Source: an uncultured Chloroflexia bacterium (GTDB lineage: Bacteria > Chloroflexota > Limnocylindria > Limnocylindrales > CSP1-4). From it: a stretch of 64,000 nucleotides of DNA. How positions within the stretch are numbered: the stretch's first letter is position 1; each line of letters opens with the position of its first letter. The notes beneath the pieces are model-generated. The model saw only the letters and a list, made by a program, of their open reading frames with translations. It was not told the DNA's origin and did no database searches. Location: positions 192,001-256,000 of the forward strand of contig CAVVCZ010000004.1 in assembly GCA_963746845.1 (NCBI GenBank), in the 5' to 3' direction. Below are positions 50,914-60,014 of this stretch, one piece after another. Both the position numbers and the translations under genes were made by a program.

Positions 50914-52209
50914 TCAGACCGTCCGGAGCGCCTCGCCGAAGATCTCCACGGCCTCGCTGATCTCGGCCGAGGTGACGTCGATCGGCGCGATCCACCGGAT
51001 CACCTGACCGTTCGGGGCGCAAGTCAGGACCAGGAGCCCGAGGTCGGCCGCCCGCGCGATCAGCGCCTTTGCGAGCGCGCCGTCCGGCTCGCGGGTCTCG
51101 CGATCCTTCACCAGCTCCATGCCGATCATCAGGCCCGGCCCCCGCACGTCGCCGATCCGCGGCTCCTCCGCGGCGATCCGCTCCAGCCCGGCACGCAGCT
51201 CCTCCCCGCGCGCCGCGGCATTCTCGACCAGGCGCTCGCCGGCGATCGTCTCCAGGACCGCGATGCCGGCGGCGCACGCGACCGGATTGCCGCCGTACGT
51301 GGAGCCGTGGGCGCTCCGACCCCAGCGCTCCATGAGCGCGCGCGACGTCGCGATCGCCGAGAGCGGCAGGCCGTTCGCGATCGCCTTCGCGATGACCACG
51401 ATGTCCGGGACGATCCCGGCGTGCTCGAACCCCCACATCCGGCCCGTCCGGGCGTAGCCGGTCTGGACCTCGTCGGCGATCAGCAGGATCCCGTGCTGGT
51501 CGCACAGCCGGCGGAGACCCTGCAGGAAGGACGGGGCGGCCGGGTTGTAGCCGCCCTCGCCGCGCACGGGCTCGATGAGGATCGAACCCACGACGCTCGG
51601 CGCGATGACCGTCTGGAGGAGCGTGTCGAGGAACGACGAGGCCGCCGAGGCGGCCTCGTCGTCGCCCTCGAAGTCGGGGTAGGCGGCGGGATAGGGGGCG
51701 AAGTACACGCCCGGGACGAGCGGCTCGTAACCGGTCCGGTAGTTCAACGACGACGTGGTCACCGACATCGCCCCGAATGTCCGACCGTGGAAGCCGCCCC
51801 GGAACGCGATGATCCCCGGCCGGCCGGTCACGCGCCGGGCGAGCTTCAGGGCCCCGTCGATCGCCTCCGAGCCCGAGTTCAGGAACATCACGCTGTCGAT
51901 CGGGTCCGGCAGCGTCGCGGCGAGCATCGACGACAGCCGGACGACCGGCTCGCTGTAGCCCATCGCCCCGGTCGGGCCGATGAGCTTGTCCGCCTGCGCG
52001 TGGATCGCGGCGGTCACCGCCGGGTGGTGATGGCCCAGCGCCGTGACGGCGATCCCGTTCGCGAAGTCGAGGTAGGCGCGGCCGGCCGTGTCGTACAGGC
52101 GGTGGCCCTCGCCGTGGCTCCAGCTGCGCTCGAAATACCGCCCGAGGACGGGGGTCAGATGGTCGGCGGCCGCGGCCAGATCGAGGGGCATGGGGCTCGA
52201 GTCGGTCAT
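50914..52209 (-). CDS. gabT: class-III PLP aminotransferase (4-aminobutyrate/5-aminovalerate type)
   Basis: YLDFANGIAV, NSGSEAID, FHGRT, DEVQTGYARTG, IAKAIANG, HGSTYGGNP. Confidence 0.8.
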   Translation of the reverse strand: MTDSSPMPLDLAAAADHLTPVLGRYFERSWSHGEGHRLYDTAGRAYLDFANGIAVTALGHHHPAVTAAIHAQADKLIGPTGAMGYSEPVVRLSSMLAATLPDPIDSVMFLNSGSEAIDGALKLARRVTGRPGIIAFRGGFHGRTFGAMSVTTSSLNYRTGYEPLVPGVYFAPYPAAYPDFEGDDEAASAASSFLDTLLQTVIAPSVVGSILIEPVRGEGGYNPAAPSFLQGLRRLCDQHGILLIADEVQTGYARTGRMWGFEHAGIVPDIVVIAKAIANGLPLSAIATSRALMERWGRSAHGSTYGGNPVACAAGIAVLETIAGERLVENAAARGEELRAGLERIAAEEPRIGDVRGPGLMIGMELVKDRETREPDGALAKALIARAADLGLLVLTCAPNGQVIRWIAPIDVTSAEISEAVEIFGEALRTV

Positions 52210-52277
52210 CGCCCGAGTATGCGGTCTGCGCCCGCAACGATGGCGCGTGGGGCGTGGCGCGGGACTAGCATTCGGCC

Positions 52278-53495
52278 ATGGTCGACTTCACCCTGACCGA
52301 CGAGAACCGCCTCGTCCAGGGGGCCGCCCGCGCGTTCGCCGAGGCCGAGATCCTGCCGAACATCCGGCGCTGGGACGAGGACGGCGGCTTCCCCCGCGAG
52401 CTGTTCGCGAAGATGGCCGAGCAGGGCTTCCTCGGCGTGCCGATCCCCGAGACGTGGGGCGGCTCGGGCATGGACTACCTGAGCTTCGCGATCCTGTGCG
52501 AGGAGCTGGAGCGAGCCGACACGTCGTTCCGGGTCGTCCAGAGCGTCCATGTCGGGCTGAACTCGCTGGCGCTCCTGCAGTGGGCGACGGACGAGCAGAA
52601 GGCCCGCTGGCTCGTGCCGCAGGCGAGGGGCGAGAAGCTGGCGACGTTCGGGCTCACGGAGCCCGGGGCCGGCACGGACGCGGCGAACCTGGCCGCAACG
52701 GCACGGCGCGACGGTGACGCGTACCGGCTGAACGGCCAGAAGATCTGGATCAGCCTGGCCGACCTCGCCGACCACTTCCTCGTCTTCGCCTCGACCGACC
52801 GATCGAAGGGCTGGCGCGGGGTCAGCGCGTTCCTGCTCGAGCGCGGGATGCCCGGGCTGTCGACGGGCACGCTCCACGGCAAGCTCGGCATCCGGGCCGG
52901 CAACACCGGGTTGATCCATCTCGACGACGTCGTCGTGCCGGCCGAGCACCGGATCGGCGAGGAGGGCGAGGGCTTCCTGATCGCGATGAGCGCGATCGAC
53001 CAGGGCCGGTACACCGTGGCGGCGGGCGCGGTCGGGCTCGCGCAGGCGTGCCTGGACGCGTCGCTCGCGTATGCCAGGGAGCGCCAGACCTTCGGCGGGC
53101 CGATCGGCCGGCACCAGCTCGTCCAGCAGATGATCGCGAAGATGGCGGCGGGGACGGAGATCGGCCGGCTCCTCGTCTGGCGAGCCGGCTGGCTGAAGAA
53201 CCAGGGCCTCCGGAACACGCGCGAGACGTCGCTCGCGAAGTGGCACGCCACGGAGCATTCGGTCCAGTCCGCGCTGGATGCGATCCAGGTCCACGGCGCC
53301 AATGGCTACTCGAACGAGTTCCCCGTCGAGCGCTATCTGCGGAACGCCAAGGCCGCCGTGATCTACGAGGGCACGAGCCAGCTCCACACGATCATCCAGG
53401 CGGAGTACGCGCTTGGCTACCGCGAGGACAGGCCATTGCGCTGCGAGCCGCTGCCCGCCCAGGGCTGGGAGCGAACCGCCGCGAGGACATCGTGA
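52278..53495 (+). CDS. acyl-CoA dehydrogenase
   Basis: FGLTEPGAGTD, NGQKIWI, QVHGANGY, IYEGTSQLH. Confidence 0.93.
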   Translation: MVDFTLTDENRLVQGAARAFAEAEILPNIRRWDEDGGFPRELFAKMAEQGFLGVPIPETWGGSGMDYLSFAILCEELERADTSFRVVQSVHVGLNSLALLQWATDEQKARWLVPQARGEKLATFGLTEPGAGTDAANLAATARRDGDAYRLNGQKIWISLADLADHFLVFASTDRSKGWRGVSAFLLERGMPGLSTGTLHGKLGIRAGNTGLIHLDDVVVPAEHRIGEEGEGFLIAMSAIDQGRYTVAAGAVGLAQACLDASLAYARERQTFGGPIGRHQLVQQMIAKMAAGTEIGRLLVWRAGWLKNQGLRNTRETSLAKWHATEHSVQSALDAIQVHGANGYSNEFPVERYLRNAKAAVIYEGTSQLHTIIQAEYALGYREDRPLRCEPLPAQGWERTAARTS

Positions 53496-53704
53496 AGGCC
53501 ATCCCGTCCGACGGTCGCGAGCGCCTCCTGATCCTCGTCGCCGCGGTCCTCGCCGGCGCGACCGTGTTCGGGCTGTGGCACGTCGTCGTCGGCGGATTCG
53601 TGAACGGCAACGGGGCCGCGGCGGTCTTCGGGCTGGCGCTTGCCACGCTCGCGGGCGCGCTCCTGGTGGTGACGCTCGTGGTGCTTCGCCTGCTCCGTGG
53701 CTGA
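53492..53704 (+). CDS. small 2-TM membrane protein
   Basis: GTG overlapping the upstream stop; two hydrophobic helices; overlaps the next start. Confidence 0.6.
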   Translation: MKAIPSDGRERLLILVAAVLAGATVFGLWHVVVGGFVNGNGAAAVFGLALATLAGALLVVTLVVLRLLRG

Positions 53705-55760
53705 TCCCGCGGCCTCGCCACCGCAGTTCGGCTGGTCCGCCGAGGACATGACCACGCTCGCGCAGCTCGCCGAGACGTTCGTGCGTGGCGGCTCCGGTCG
53801 CCGTGCGGACCTCGCGGCGGAGGCGCTCGTCCGGGCGGCCGATCCCGCCCAGGTCCGACAGCTCCGATTGGTCCTCCGTCTGTTCCAGTCGCGGCTCGTC
53901 AACCTGCTCCTGACCCGTCGGGCGACCGCCTTCCGCGACCTCTCGCCGCGCGACCGCGAGCGCTACCTGCTCGGCTGGGCCCACTCGCGGCTCGCCCTCC
54001 GGCGGTCGGCGTTCCAGGCCTTCGCCGGTCTGATGACCTTCCTGGCCTATGCCGATCCCGGGTCGCGCGAGGCGCCGAACCCTCTGCACGCGGCGATCGG
54101 CTACAGGCCGGAGCACCCTCCGGTCAGCGCGGATCGCACGACCGTCCGGCCGCTGTCCGTCGATGCCGGCGATGGGCCGGTGACGCTGGAGGCCGACGTC
54201 GTCGTGGTCGGGTCCGGGGCCGGCGGAGGCGTCGTCGCCGCGGAGCTGACCCGGGCCGGGCGTTCGGTCGTCGTCGTGGAGGCGGGCCCGTTCGTCGACG
54301 AGGCGACGATGCCGCCGGACGAGCTGGACGCCTACCGCCGGGTGTACCTCAACCACGGCCTGCTGACGACGTGGGACGGGTCGATCACGATGCTCGCGGG
54401 GACCGCGGTCGGTGGCGGCACGGTCGTGAACTGGATGACGAGCATCGCCGCGCCGCACGACGTCCGCGCCGAATGGGCCAGACGGCACGGGATCGACGGG
54501 ATCGACGGTCCGGAGTTCGACGCCGATGCCGTGGCGATCGAGAAGGACCTCGGGGTCAGCCGGTCGACGGTCATCCCGCCGAAGGACCAGGTGATCCTCC
54601 GCGGCGCCGGCATCCTCGGCTGGGAAGCGGCCCCGACGCGTCGGAACGCCCGGGACTGTGGCGACTGCGGGAGCTGTCCGTTCGGCTGCACACGCGGCGC
54701 GAAGCAGTCCGGGATCCGGGTCCATCTCGCCGCCGCGCATGCCGGCGGAGCGCGGATCGTCGAACGGGCGCGGGTCACGCGGATCCTGCGCGAGGGCGGC
54801 CGGGCCGTCGGCGTCGAGGCGAACCTGCTGCGCGTCGATCCGACGACGGGCGTTCCGGTGGCGGGTCCCGACGGGGACCCCCTCAAGCCGGCGACGCGGC
54901 AGCTGGTCGTCCGTGCGCCGCAGGTCGTCGTCGCGGCCGGCGCGCTTCGGACGCCGGCGATCCTCATCGAGTCCGGGCTCGACCACCCGGCCATCGGCCG
55001 GCATCTTCGGCTCCATCCGGTGCCCGTCGTGGCCGGCATCTTCGACGAGCCGATCGACATGTGGCTGGGGACGATGCAGGCCGCCCGGTCGCTCCAGTTC
55101 GCGACACCCGAGAAGGGCCGGAACGGCTACGCGATCGAGTCGGCGCCCGGTCATCCCGGCCTGATCGCGCTCGCGCTCCCGTGGGAGGGCACCGACGCGC
55201 ACGCCGACCTGTTGCGGACCATCCGCCGGGTCGCGCCGCTGATCGCGATCACACGGGACGGCGGCGAGGGGCGAGTGCGCCCGACGAAGGCCGGCCGGGT
55301 TCGCGTGGACTACCGCCTCGACGCGACGGGGATCGCGACGATGCGTCACGCGCTGGTGTCGATGGCCGAGATGGCCCGGGCGGCGGGAGCCCGCCAGGTC
55401 GTCGCGCTCGGAACGCCGCCGCAATGGCACGGCCGGGGCGGGTTCGCGGCCGGGCAGGAGGAGCGCCGGTTCGTCGTCTTCCAGGACGCGTTGCGCGCGT
55501 TCGACTTCGGGCCGAATCGGGGGAGCGTGTTCTCGGCCCACCAGATGGGCACGGTCCGGATGGGCGGCGCGATCGACGATCCGGCCGATCCCCACGGCCG
55601 GGTCCGGACGAAGGGCGGTGCGATCGTGCCGGGTCTCTACGTCGCCGACGGCTCGCTGTTCCCGACGGGTCTCGGCGTCAACCCGATGATCACGGTCATG
55701 GCGCTGGCGCGCCGGGTGGCCCGCACCGTCGCGGCGGAGGGCTCGGCCCGATCCGGGTGA
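53697..55760 (+). CDS. GMC oxidoreductase (long-chain alcohol oxidase-like)
   Basis: VVGSGAGGG, GGGTVVN, CGDCGSCPFGC, AHQMGT, GVNPMIT. Confidence 0.92.
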   Translation: MADPAASPPQFGWSAEDMTTLAQLAETFVRGGSGRRADLAAEALVRAADPAQVRQLRLVLRLFQSRLVNLLLTRRATAFRDLSPRDRERYLLGWAHSRLALRRSAFQAFAGLMTFLAYADPGSREAPNPLHAAIGYRPEHPPVSADRTTVRPLSVDAGDGPVTLEADVVVVGSGAGGGVVAAELTRAGRSVVVVEAGPFVDEATMPPDELDAYRRVYLNHGLLTTWDGSITMLAGTAVGGGTVVNWMTSIAAPHDVRAEWARRHGIDGIDGPEFDADAVAIEKDLGVSRSTVIPPKDQVILRGAGILGWEAAPTRRNARDCGDCGSCPFGCTRGAKQSGIRVHLAAAHAGGARIVERARVTRILREGGRAVGVEANLLRVDPTTGVPVAGPDGDPLKPATRQLVVRAPQVVVAAGALRTPAILIESGLDHPAIGRHLRLHPVPVVAGIFDEPIDMWLGTMQAARSLQFATPEKGRNGYAIESAPGHPGLIALALPWEGTDAHADLLRTIRRVAPLIAITRDGGEGRVRPTKAGRVRVDYRLDATGIATMRHALVSMAEMARAAGARQVVALGTPPQWHGRGGFAAGQEERRFVVFQDALRAFDFGPNRGSVFSAHQMGTVRMGGAIDDPADPHGRVRTKGGAIVPGLYVADGSLFPTGLGVNPMITVMALARRVARTVAAEGSARSG

Positions 55761-55766
55761 GGGGCG

Positions 55767-56798
55767 CTACGCAGCCGCCGGTTCGTCGGTGGGCGACGCC
55801 GGTGTGCCCGCCCGGCCGGTCCGTCCCACGGGCTCCGCGGCCGGATGCTCCACCGACGGCATCCGGCTCCGCGCCAGGATGATCAGGGCCACACCGGCGA
55901 CGATGACGCCGCCCGCGACGAGCTGGACCGGCGACACGGACTCGGCAAGGATCAGCCAGCCGAGGAACACGGCGATCACCGGGTTGACGAACGCGTAGGT
56001 CGCGATCAGCGGCAGCGGCGCGTGCCGGAGCACCCAGGCGTAGGCGGTGAACGCGATCAGGCTGCCGACCGCGAAGAGATAGACGAACGCGGCGATCGAG
56101 GCGCCCGAGACGTCGGCCGGGTGGAAGGTCGCGAGCTCGCCCGACAGGACCGACACGATCGCGAGCACGAGGCTGCCCGACAGCATCTGCATGCCGGTCG
56201 TGACGAACGGGTCGCGCGGGAGGCGGGCGCGGTGCGCCGAGAACAGCGAGCCCGTGGACCAGGCGATCGGCGAGAGGATGAGGGCGGCCACGCCGGCCGG
56301 GTTGAGCGAGCCGTCGATCGCGATCCCGTGGCCGACCAGCAGGGCGACGCCGAACATGCCGGTGGCGATCCCGACGATCGCGACGCCGGGCAGCCGTTCG
56401 CCGAGGAAGACCCGCCCGAGCACGGCGATCCAGACCGGCATCATCGCGATCAGGACACCGGCGATCCCTGACGGGACCGTCTGCTCGCCCCAGGCGACCA
56501 GCCCCATGCCGCCGCCCATCAGGAGAGCGCCGATGATGAAGCTGTCGCGCCACTCGCGGCGGCTCGGCATGGGCACCTGGCCGCGCCGCAGGATCGCGAC
56601 GGCGGCGAGCATGACCGTTCCCGCGATCGCGAACCGGGCCGCCGCCATGACGAACGGGGGGATCGTCTCGATCGCGACCCGGATCCCGAGGTACGTCGAC
56701 CCCCAGACGACGTACAGGATCAGGATCGCGGTCCAGACGAGCACCGGCGACGCCGCGGTCCGGGGCAGGCTCACGCCGACGTCGGCCGTGGTTGGCAT
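55767..56798 (-). CDS. EamA/DMT family transporter
   Basis: YVVWGSTYLGIR, TYAFVNPVIAV, about 10 TMs. Confidence 0.93.
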   Translation of the reverse strand: MPTTADVGVSLPRTAASPVLVWTAILILYVVWGSTYLGIRVAIETIPPFVMAAARFAIAGTVMLAAVAILRRGQVPMPSRREWRDSFIIGALLMGGGMGLVAWGEQTVPSGIAGVLIAMMPVWIAVLGRVFLGERLPGVAIVGIATGMFGVALLVGHGIAIDGSLNPAGVAALILSPIAWSTGSLFSAHRARLPRDPFVTTGMQMLSGSLVLAIVSVLSGELATFHPADVSGASIAAFVYLFAVGSLIAFTAYAWVLRHAPLPLIATYAFVNPVIAVFLGWLILAESVSPVQLVAGGVIVAGVALIILARSRMPSVEHPAAEPVGRTGRAGTPASPTDEPAAA

Positions 56799-56876
56799 AG
56801 TCGGCTGGTCCAAAGTACGAGGAGTGTACGACGCCCGCGCCGACAGCGCTACCCCCGTCTCGACCCGACTGCGTTC

Positions 56877-56989
56877 GTCGCGCCCGGGCGTCGAGGGCAA
56901 GGCGGAGCCGAGCACCGGAGCGAGCGGGCTTGAAGGCCCGTGAGCGAGGAGCAGAGGCTCCAACGCAGCCATCGGCGTTCGGGCGCGAC
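56877..56989 (+). repeat. structured REP/MITE-like palindromic element
   Basis: 18-bp outer stem fully paired with G-U on the + strand; inner GGAGCC/GGCTCC and CGGGC/GCCCG stems. Confidence 0.55.
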
Positions 56990-56994
56990 AGCCT

Positions 56995-57795
56995 TCAGGC
57001 GACGGCGATGTTCCCGATCGGGCGGCAGTGGAGACACGGGCGGTAGCCGGCAGAGGATGCCGCCTTCGCCGATCCGAACGTCACGAGGTGGCGCTCCGTG
57101 ACCCGTCGCGCATCGCGGCAGGTCGGCATGCAGTAGATGCGCGTCGTGTCCGAGCCGAAGTAGCGGATCCCGGCCCGCGCCAGCGTCTCGAGCTCGTCCG
57201 GATCGGCGCCCTCCTCGGCGAGGATCGTCCGCTTGTTGTCCGGCCCGCCGAGCGAGTACTGGCCGATCGTCCCGTCGCTCCGCACGACGCGATGGCAGGG
57301 CACGATCAGCGGCACCGGGTTGTGGCCCAGCGCCGTTCCGACGGCCCGGACCGCCTTCGGTCGCCCGATCTCGGCGGCGATCCAGCCGTACGGCCGGACC
57401 TCCCCACGCGGAATCTCGAGCGCCTTCATCCAGACCGCCCGCTCGAACTCGGTCGAGCCGCGCAGGTCGAGGTCGATCCGGTTGTGTCGGTCGCCCGCCA
57501 GCCGTCGCCCGATCTTCCGGGCGAGGTCGTCCGGCAGCGTGTCGCGCCGGCGGGCGACGCGGCCCGTCCGGGCGTGGAAGCGGGTCTCGAAGGCCGCATC
57601 GTCGACCGCCTCCTCGACCGCGGACACGCCCCGGGCGTTCCAGGCCACGCGGAGCGGGCCGACGGGCGAGTCCATGACGGCATAGTCGTCCGCCAGGCCG
57701 ACCGCGACCAGCGTCGCGTGGGCGAGGCCCGGAGGTGCCGGCTCGCGGAGGCCGGCGAGCGAGGCCTCCAGCGTGGGTTCGTAGGTGTCGGTCAT
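56995..57795 (-). CDS. ogt: methylated-DNA-protein-cysteine methyltransferase fused to a C-terminal Ada Zn-binding domain
   Basis: RAVGTA..NPVPLIVPCHRV active site; C-terminal IYCMPTC...GYRPCLHCRP. Confidence 0.93.
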   Translation of the reverse strand: MTDTYEPTLEASLAGLREPAPPGLAHATLVAVGLADDYAVMDSPVGPLRVAWNARGVSAVEEAVDDAAFETRFHARTGRVARRRDTLPDDLARKIGRRLAGDRHNRIDLDLRGSTEFERAVWMKALEIPRGEVRPYGWIAAEIGRPKAVRAVGTALGHNPVPLIVPCHRVVRSDGTIGQYSLGGPDNKRTILAEEGADPDELETLARAGIRYFGSDTTRIYCMPTCRDARRVTERHLVTFGSAKAASSAGYRPCLHCRPIGNIAVA

Positions 57796-58364
57796 GCGGG
57801 GATCTCCTCGCGCTCGTGCCGCTCGGCGGCGAGGAGCGCTGTGCGCAGGGCGGCCAGTCCGCGGTGGACATGGGCCTTGACGGTGCCCTCGGGCCGGCCG
57901 GTCGCCTCGGCGATCTCGGCGTACGACAGCCCGTCGACGTGGCGGAGGACGACGGCCGTCCGCTGGGCCGGACTCAGACCGGCGAGCAGACGTGCCCAGG
58001 TCTCCCGTGCGTCGCGACGGGTGAGCGGGTCGTCGATGGGCTCGGCGCCGGGATCGAAGGCCAGCTCGGTGGTCGGAACCCGCCGGACGCGGGCGCGGTT
58101 GCGGCCGGCGTTCAGCAGGATCGTGGTGAGCCAGCCGCGGAGGCGCAGCTCGCGGATCCGGGCCGGCGGGTACGTGGCGAGCGCTCGGTAGGCCCGGACG
58201 AAGCAGTCCTGGACGAGATCCTCCGCCTCCTGCCGATCCCCGCCGGTCCGCCAGGCGATCGTGAAGAGGCGGTCCTGGTGGGCGAGCACGAGCGCCTCGA
58301 ACGCCCCGTCGAGGTCGGTCGCGAGACGAGCGGCGAGCGGTGCATCCGCTGTGGGTTCGTGCAT
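57792..58364 (-). CDS. ECF-family sigma factor
   Basis: AFEALV, EAEDLVQDCF, LRGWLTTI, GTVKAHVHRG; ATGA overlap with ogt. Confidence 0.92.
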   Translation of the reverse strand: MHEPTADAPLAARLATDLDGAFEALVLAHQDRLFTIAWRTGGDRQEAEDLVQDCFVRAYRALATYPPARIRELRLRGWLTTILLNAGRNRARVRRVPTTELAFDPGAEPIDDPLTRRDARETWARLLAGLSPAQRTAVVLRHVDGLSYAEIAEATGRPEGTVKAHVHRGLAALRTALLAAERHEREEIPA

Positions 58365-58372
58365 CACATCCG

Positions 58373-58403
58373 ATTCAACACCCCCGTCCGACCCGGAGTT
58401 GCA
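58373..58403 (-). promoter_or_regulatory. ECF-type promoter upstream of the sigma-ogt operon
   Basis: Minus strand TGCAAC-N17-TGTTGAAT, 8 nt before the ATG. Confidence 0.6.
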
Positions 58404-58460
58404 CCCCGGCGACGCCGTCCGTCCGCCGAGAGCGGCATCCGTGCATGGCACAATCGGCCG

Positions 58461-59486
58461 ATGGGGCGAGCCGATCGGTTCGAGCTGCTGGCGGCGTCGG
58501 TCGCGGGGTTCTACGAGAGCTGGGCCATCTACCTCGGCCTGGAGCTCGGGCTGTTCGCCGCGATCGGTGATGCGGGGCCCGCGGGCATCGCGCCCGATGC
58601 GCTCGCGACCGCGACCGGTTGCCGGCCGGAGCCGGTCCGGGCGTGGGTCCGGGCGGCCCATGCCGCCGACCTCGTCATCCTCGACGGGGATCGGGTCCGG
58701 CTCCAGGACGACGTCGTCTCGGTGCTGCTCGACGACACGCACCCGGAGTTCCTCGGCGGCCAGTTCGTCGTGGCCGTCGTGTCGAGCCTCGACTACGCCG
58801 GTCTGGCCGAGTTCTTCCGGACCGGCCGGACGACGGGCGAGCGGCCGCCGCGCTTCCATCGGGCCATCGAATCGGTCACCGTCCAGGACATCGCGGTCTT
58901 CTTCCAGGAGGGCCTCGCCCAGCTCCCGGAGCTCGTCGCGACGCTCAGCCGGGGCGCTCGGGTCCTCGACGTCGCGTGCGGCGGCGGCAAGTGGCTGATC
59001 GCGATCGCCCGGCGCTTCCCGGCGACCGAGCTGGTCGGCGTGGAGTACGAGCCGGACTCGGTCGCGCGGGCGATGCGCCACGTGAGCGAGACCGGGCTCG
59101 GGCCACGGATCCGGATCGAGCCGCGGACGATCCCGGACATGCCGTTCCGTGAGCAGTTCGAGCTCGTCTACCTGCAGGACGCGCTCCACGAGCTGCCCGA
59201 GCCAGTCGAGTCGCTCCGGGCGTCATGGACGGCGGTCGCGCCCGGCGGCACGCTCGTCGTCCTCGAATGGTGCCTGCCGGAGGACACGGCGGACGGCCAG
59301 ACGCTCCAGGCCCAGCTCCTCTGGGGGATCCACATCGACGAGCTGTACCAGGGGACCCGGATGGAGACCCATTCCGGGTTCGCCCGGATGTTCGCCGCCG
59401 CCGGCGTCCCGGCGCCGACCGTCATCGACCTGCTGTCGGGCGCGACCCTGTTCGTCGCTCAGCGCGACGGCGGATCACCGCGCTGA
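58461..59486 (+). CDS. class I SAM-dependent methyltransferase with N-terminal wHTH
   Basis: GLELGLFAAI N-terminus, VLDVACGGG, DALHE. Confidence 0.9.
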   Translation: MGRADRFELLAASVAGFYESWAIYLGLELGLFAAIGDAGPAGIAPDALATATGCRPEPVRAWVRAAHAADLVILDGDRVRLQDDVVSVLLDDTHPEFLGGQFVVAVVSSLDYAGLAEFFRTGRTTGERPPRFHRAIESVTVQDIAVFFQEGLAQLPELVATLSRGARVLDVACGGGKWLIAIARRFPATELVGVEYEPDSVARAMRHVSETGLGPRIRIEPRTIPDMPFREQFELVYLQDALHELPEPVESLRASWTAVAPGGTLVVLEWCLPEDTADGQTLQAQLLWGIHIDELYQGTRMETHSGFARMFAAAGVPAPTVIDLLSGATLFVAQRDGGSPR

Positions 59487-59493
59487 GCCTCGC

Positions 59494-59901
59494 CTACTGC
59501 ACGACGACGGTGTAGTCCTTCATCTGCGTCGGATGGATCGCACAGTGATAGGTGTACGTGCCGGGCGCGGTGAAGACCAGCATCGCGGTGGCCCCGCCGG
59601 CGATCGTCTTCGTGTCGCACGTGCCGCTGTCCATCGTCGCGCTGTGCGGCGTGCTGCCGTCCTGGTTCGACCAGGCGACGACGTCGCCGACCTTCGCCTG
59701 GACCGGCTGCGGCGCGAACTTGAAGTCCTTGATCGTGACGGTCGTGGCCGCGGCCCCGGCAGGCGCCGCGGCACAGGCCTGCGCTCCGCCTCCGCCGCCG
59801 GCCACGGAGGGCGCCGCAGCCGACGGCGTCGCCGCGCTGCTCGAACACGCGGCCAGCATCAGGATGGCAGCCAGGGCAGGAAGCACGGTGAGACGGCGCA
59901 T
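59494..59901 (-). CDS. cupredoxin (plastocyanin/azurin-like) lipoprotein
   Basis: LAAC lipobox; type-1 Cu ligands PHS...YHCAIHPTQM. Confidence 0.9.
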   Translation of the reverse strand: MRRLTVLPALAAILMLAACSSSAATPSAAAPSVAGGGGGAQACAAAPAGAAATTVTIKDFKFAPQPVQAKVGDVVAWSNQDGSTPHSATMDSGTCDTKTIAGGATAMLVFTAPGTYTYHCAIHPTQMKDYTVVVQ

Positions 59902-60014
59902 GACGGAGTCCTCCGGGAGGACCGGGCGACCGATGTGAAGCCGCTCGGATTGGGGCAGATATCGCATCGTACGCCCGGCCCGTCGGGGCGGTTTCTCGCG
60001 GGTATCGTTCGGCC

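Noticed and set aside
50497-56819. Shared 10-mer CCAAAGTACG at 50497 and 56810
   Set aside because: Largely explained by a minus-strand -10-like TACTTT; two hits are too few to call a motif
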